Assembly: GCA_001938485.1 (NCBI GenBank)
Contig: MQRK01250505.1
Span: 12,567 to 66,996, forward strand
Origin: Girardia tigrina
Taxonomy: Eukaryota
Direction: 5' to 3'
Length of the DNA stretch: 54,430 nt
Shown: positions 50,621 through 54,430 of the stretch, in pieces
Numbering within the stretch: the stretch's first letter is position 1
How the letters are laid out: every line of letters starts with the position of its first letter
Program-made: the position numbers and the translations under genes
Notes under the pieces: model-generated
What the model saw: the letters and a program-made list of their open reading frames with translations, nothing else
Databases searched by the model: none
What the model was told of the DNA's origin: nothing

Positions 50621-51175
50621 GCAACATATTTAAAGGAAGATAATTTGGTATTTGACGAAAGAAACCTTTTTTGAGTGGAATAAAATAGAAAGATCACTAA
50701 TAAAGTTATTTGAAGTTTAATTTTAAAGAAGTATTCTTATTATTTATATTATCTTCTTATATTAGACAAACTGTTTGATCCGCTCAGGTAAGAGCCCATG
50801 TTGAGTTGTCTTCTGACCGGACTGAGAGGGGTAATTCTTTTTTATTCAGAAAATATGTTTTATTCAATTGTTTTGAATGAACAATCATAATGTTTTTTGT
50901 GTGAAAAACTTAGCTACAATATTTTCACTGCATCGGAGATCTTGGTACACAAATCTGATCTTATCTCAACTGATGATATTGGTAATTATTCTTATCTCGA
51001 TGATTTTCTATCCAATTATTCGGTCACTTTGAGATGTGTTAATAGAAATTATGGTTTAGGTATAATGACATATTTACCAGTCCATGCTTCGTCACCGGTA
51101 ATGGTACAATTAATGGATAGAATCTTGAGTCTTTATTGAGTCCCTTGATTTCTGAATTTTTATAATTTTAACACG

Positions 51176-51310
51176 TTCCCCTTCGTCCTCCTTCTTAGTT
51201 TTGTTAGAGTGGATTCTATCTACTATTAATTTTAATTCACCCTAACAAAACTAAGGATTATTATTATTATTGTCGATGATTATTATAAACTAAGGAGGAC
51301 AAAGGGGAAA
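51176..51310. repeat. Small nested inverted repeat
   Basis: TTCCCCTTCGTCCTCCTT / AAGGAGGACAAAGGGGAA and CTTAGTTTTGTTAG / CTAACAAAACTAAG. Confidence 0.7.
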
Positions 51311-51384
51311 TTCTTAGTATTATAGAAATTCCATATTTAATAGATTTCAAAAGATTTAAGAATAACATTTATAAAAATATCGAT

Positions 51385-52088
51385 AATATACATATAATAT
51401 TTGTCTAAAAAGTGTGTTTGTTTGTTTGTCGGTCACGCTTTTCAATGTAAAATTGCGGGCGAACCGGAGTAAATCCACTTGTATACGTGGTCAATCTGGA
51501 TAGCCCGTATCAATACAATTTTGCCAGTACTGCGCCTTTGCCTGGAAGCCGATGAAATCGATCGAAAACCGTAAAAGTCGTTAAATGGTTAAATTAACGC
51601 TGATTTCGAATAATGACGATTTTGGGGATTCCTACAAGGAATTTCGTGAAATTTTTTTATGAAAATTCTAATAAAATACTAATTTATTTTATAAATGACC
51701 TTTTGTATCACTTATTTACTAATTATATTTTTAAAAATTAATTTAGATCAAATTTGCAAAATTTCGTTTTAATCTGATTCACGGTTTGTCGATCAAGCTC
51801 AAATTTTACTATGATCTTATATATGCTGATAAAATGCGAAATAGTGGAGGAATAGTGAGTAAATCTGTGTAATGTTAAGAAAACTCTACATAGTCCGCAT
51901 CGAGACGGTTCTGTCTGTACAGCGCCTTTGCCGAAAGGCTCCGGGAGTCGATTTAACTGACTGACTGTTAAATCAACACATAATTCGAAATAATAAATTA
52001 TAATAATTACGATTTAAAAAATCAAAACAGAAACTTTCAAACTCGAAAATTCAGCTCACCCGTCATATATGACGAGTCTTTTTCTAGT
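51385..52088 (+). mobile_element. Helitron-like family A copy
   Basis: (GTTT)n near the start, palindrome CGTCATATATGACG at 52061-52074, then CTAG|T at 52084-52088. Confidence 0.75.
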
Positions 52089-52234
52089 GTTAAAATAGTG
52101 TGCGTAACATCCAAAGTAAGAAATTAGCCTACCATGAAATCCAAAATTGACAATTTAGGGAAGACTAATCTTGAATACAAATTTAACTGTCATGGGTGTA
52201 AAAACTCGTGCATTATCTCACAGTGATCAACTGT

Positions 52235-52622
52235 GCAAGCCAGGCAGACATACTTCCACGTAGTATCCTTGGGAAACTAGAATTGGTTCGAATCCGTATC
52301 TAGGCTAAAGTATCTGATAAGCTAACCGATATCTGCACCGACAGAATATTGTAGTACCAGTAGGCTTGCAATCCACTTACAAGGCTCTAATTTCCTAATC
52401 TGAGTGTCATAGCTGTGGGAAGTATTGACTTTGCAGTCGAGTGGTTGACTGCATCACATAGACTCTTGATTTTTTATCAGGATAGTGGTATTGAGAAACC
52501 GGTTCGCCGGCGACGCTTAGGCATGTCAATCCCCAGTTAGTGGAGTGCCTTTTGAAGTCATAAGCATCTCAGGTCTCCTGGAAAACATCAGGCTTAATGA
52601 TTTTATAGGATGTGAGGATCAC
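52235..52622 (+). mobile_element. ~0.4 kb non-coding retro-like element (copy 2)
   Basis: Homologous to ~39295-39658. Confidence 0.75.
52245..52316 (+). ncRNA. HDV-like ribozyme core (copy 2; P1 5' strand not identified)
   Basis: CAGACA-UAC-UUCCAC-GUA-GUAUCCU-UGG-GAAA-CUAGA...UCUAG-GCUAAAG-UAUCUG. Confidence 0.62.
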
Positions 52623-52647
52623 ATTATCTTAAAACACGAATTAGTGA

Positions 52648-53090
52648 ACACTCACAGTTGAAAAGATCGAGTAAGGTTTTTGATCACTATAGATGTTGCA
52701 AAGATATGTGACACTTCATCTATTCCAAAAGATTAATTTTCTATTCTTCAGAAGAATTTCGATTCACATTATAAGAGGTTGTATTGTGAATGATAGCTAA
52801 TAAGACACTATAACCCATTGATATATATATCCAAAATGGAAAAAGTAAAGAGGCCTCAATATTAAATATCTTTATAAAATAAATTAAATTAATGTTTATA
52901 ATCTTTTTCTATAAAATTAAATAAAATTAAACTTTAATATTCATTTTAAGATCTTTATGACCTTATATACTTTAAAAATGAAAAAAAATATTAAAATAAA
53001 TAACAAAAAAAAATAAAGTTACTGATGATGGTCAAAGATTGTGATCGAAACATGTCTATTGTTGAATTTTTAAAAAATGCTTTAAAAAAA
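52648..53090 (+). mobile_element. PLE 3' fragment
   Basis: Homologous to 20999-21217 (GATCGAGTAAGGT..GATCA, GATTCACATTAT); a hammerhead follows. Confidence 0.8.
53018..53060 (+). ncRNA. Minimal hammerhead ribozyme
   Basis: CUGAUGA at 53022, stem II GGUCA/UGAUC, GAAACAUGUC. Stem I is weak. Confidence 0.72.
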
Positions 53091-54325
53091 TATCTATTTA
53101 ATATATATATACATTAATTATATAAATTTATTATGTTCTTAGTGGCTCTTGAAATCTTTTGTAGAAGGGAAAATTTCATAAAAAAATTTGTTACAACTCC
53201 ATTTTGAAATTAAAAGTTACTTAACTTAATAAATTTATTAAAAAATGTAAGTTATTTTCCCTTCTACAAAAGATAACAAAAAATTCGTTTGGCCGAGTAG
53301 AGTAGTTTTGTCGTTATTTGAGACATTACTCACCCGTTATGTGACATGGTTGTTGACCGAGTTTTACTGTTTAATTAATCTATAAGTAACTAATATGTTT
53401 AAGTTCGGTTCTTGTAGCAAATTTAAAGGGGTAAAAATAAGTCAAACAATTCAATTTTTCTGTATAACGAAAATTCGCATCAATTGGATTTTACCAATTT
53501 TACTAATTTACCACAACCAATATATCATACATTAAAACAAACTAAAATTAATTTTTACTCATTAAATTGAATTTATTTCAGATCACATTATTTTAAATTT
53601 TTTGTTTATTTTACACATTGAAATGTTGCGAAAGACACTTATGGAGTCCTCGAGACAAGGAGAGTGGGTCACTGTTCCTCCCTTCTCCAGTGCCTGCCAG
53701 GACCAAGTCTTCTTGAAACAATCGATATACATTTGCAACATATGTTATGGCAATTATATGAGGAGAAGAAATGCAAATAATTCCTCAATTAAATATTTAT
53801 TTTAATAATTATTTACGATTACTATAAATCAATGAATAAATAAAACTGTCGCAAAATTTTTCAAAATGACGCGGCCATAAATAAAGACAAATGATAAATA
53901 ATAAATAGAAAAAAAACGTTTTAATCGTTTTAATCATTAAAATTATTTTTCCTCTATTTTCGCTAATTATTCCAGTAAATATAATCAGACAAAAATGAAA
54001 TTGAGCGGTCTAAAAGAATTTAGAAAGACAAATAAAATTATTTTTAATTGAAATAAGAAATTCTTGACAAATCTTGGAGAAGCGTTTCTTTTTTGGTTTT
54101 GAATATAGCAGTTATTTTTCTGAAGTTCAGTCATCGTTCACAAATTTACTTTACTGAAGTGGAAGTAAATGATTTATAGTCTTGGGCGTATATATATATA
54201 TATATATATATTATTACGATAAAATCAATAATTTTGTGAACAACTGGGAAATAACAAAGAAATTCAGAACGAAATGTATTTTGTAGATGTGTGCTTGTCT
54301 TACACTGATCGATTATTATTATAAA

Positions 54326-54430
54326 CTAGCGCGCTCGGCCCGCTTCGCGGCCCTCTCTTGCCGGGGGTTCAATTTTTTTTATATTATAAAAGCCCAAGTC
54401 ACTCACTGCCTGCCTCACTGCCTCACTAAT
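54326..54430. mobile_element. Helitron-like termini at the window edge
   Basis: Minus strand has a GC hairpin followed by CTAG|T at 54329-54325. Plus strand has TATATTATAAAAG followed by CACT/GCCT microsatellite-like repeats. Confidence 0.5.

Overview
Very AT-rich, repeat-dense eukaryotic (invertebrate-like) scaffold with N gaps and no clearly intact conserved gene. Most of it is decayed mobile DNA: four mariner copies, a Gypsy gag-pol remnant, an interrupted RTE-like LINE, several Penelope-like element (PLE) fragments, Helitron-like and TIR MITEs, pogo and piggyBac remnants and a probable solo LTR. It also holds three intronless housekeeping pseudogenes (PIG-M, SHPK/FGGY kinase, SBDS). The most interesting signals are at RNA level. 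(1) Two cassettes share a 20-nt upstream motif about 85 nt before an ATG and a histone-type 3' stem-loop, yet enclose unrelated non-histone ORFs. (2) Two copies of a ~0.4 kb non-coding element begin with an HDV-like ribozyme fold. (3) There are six or seven minimal hammerhead ribozymes at PLE ends, including a palindrome with one on each strand. (4) Tail-less fragments of 28S rRNA and histone H2B are each flanked by direct repeats. All calls were made by eye, without any database search.
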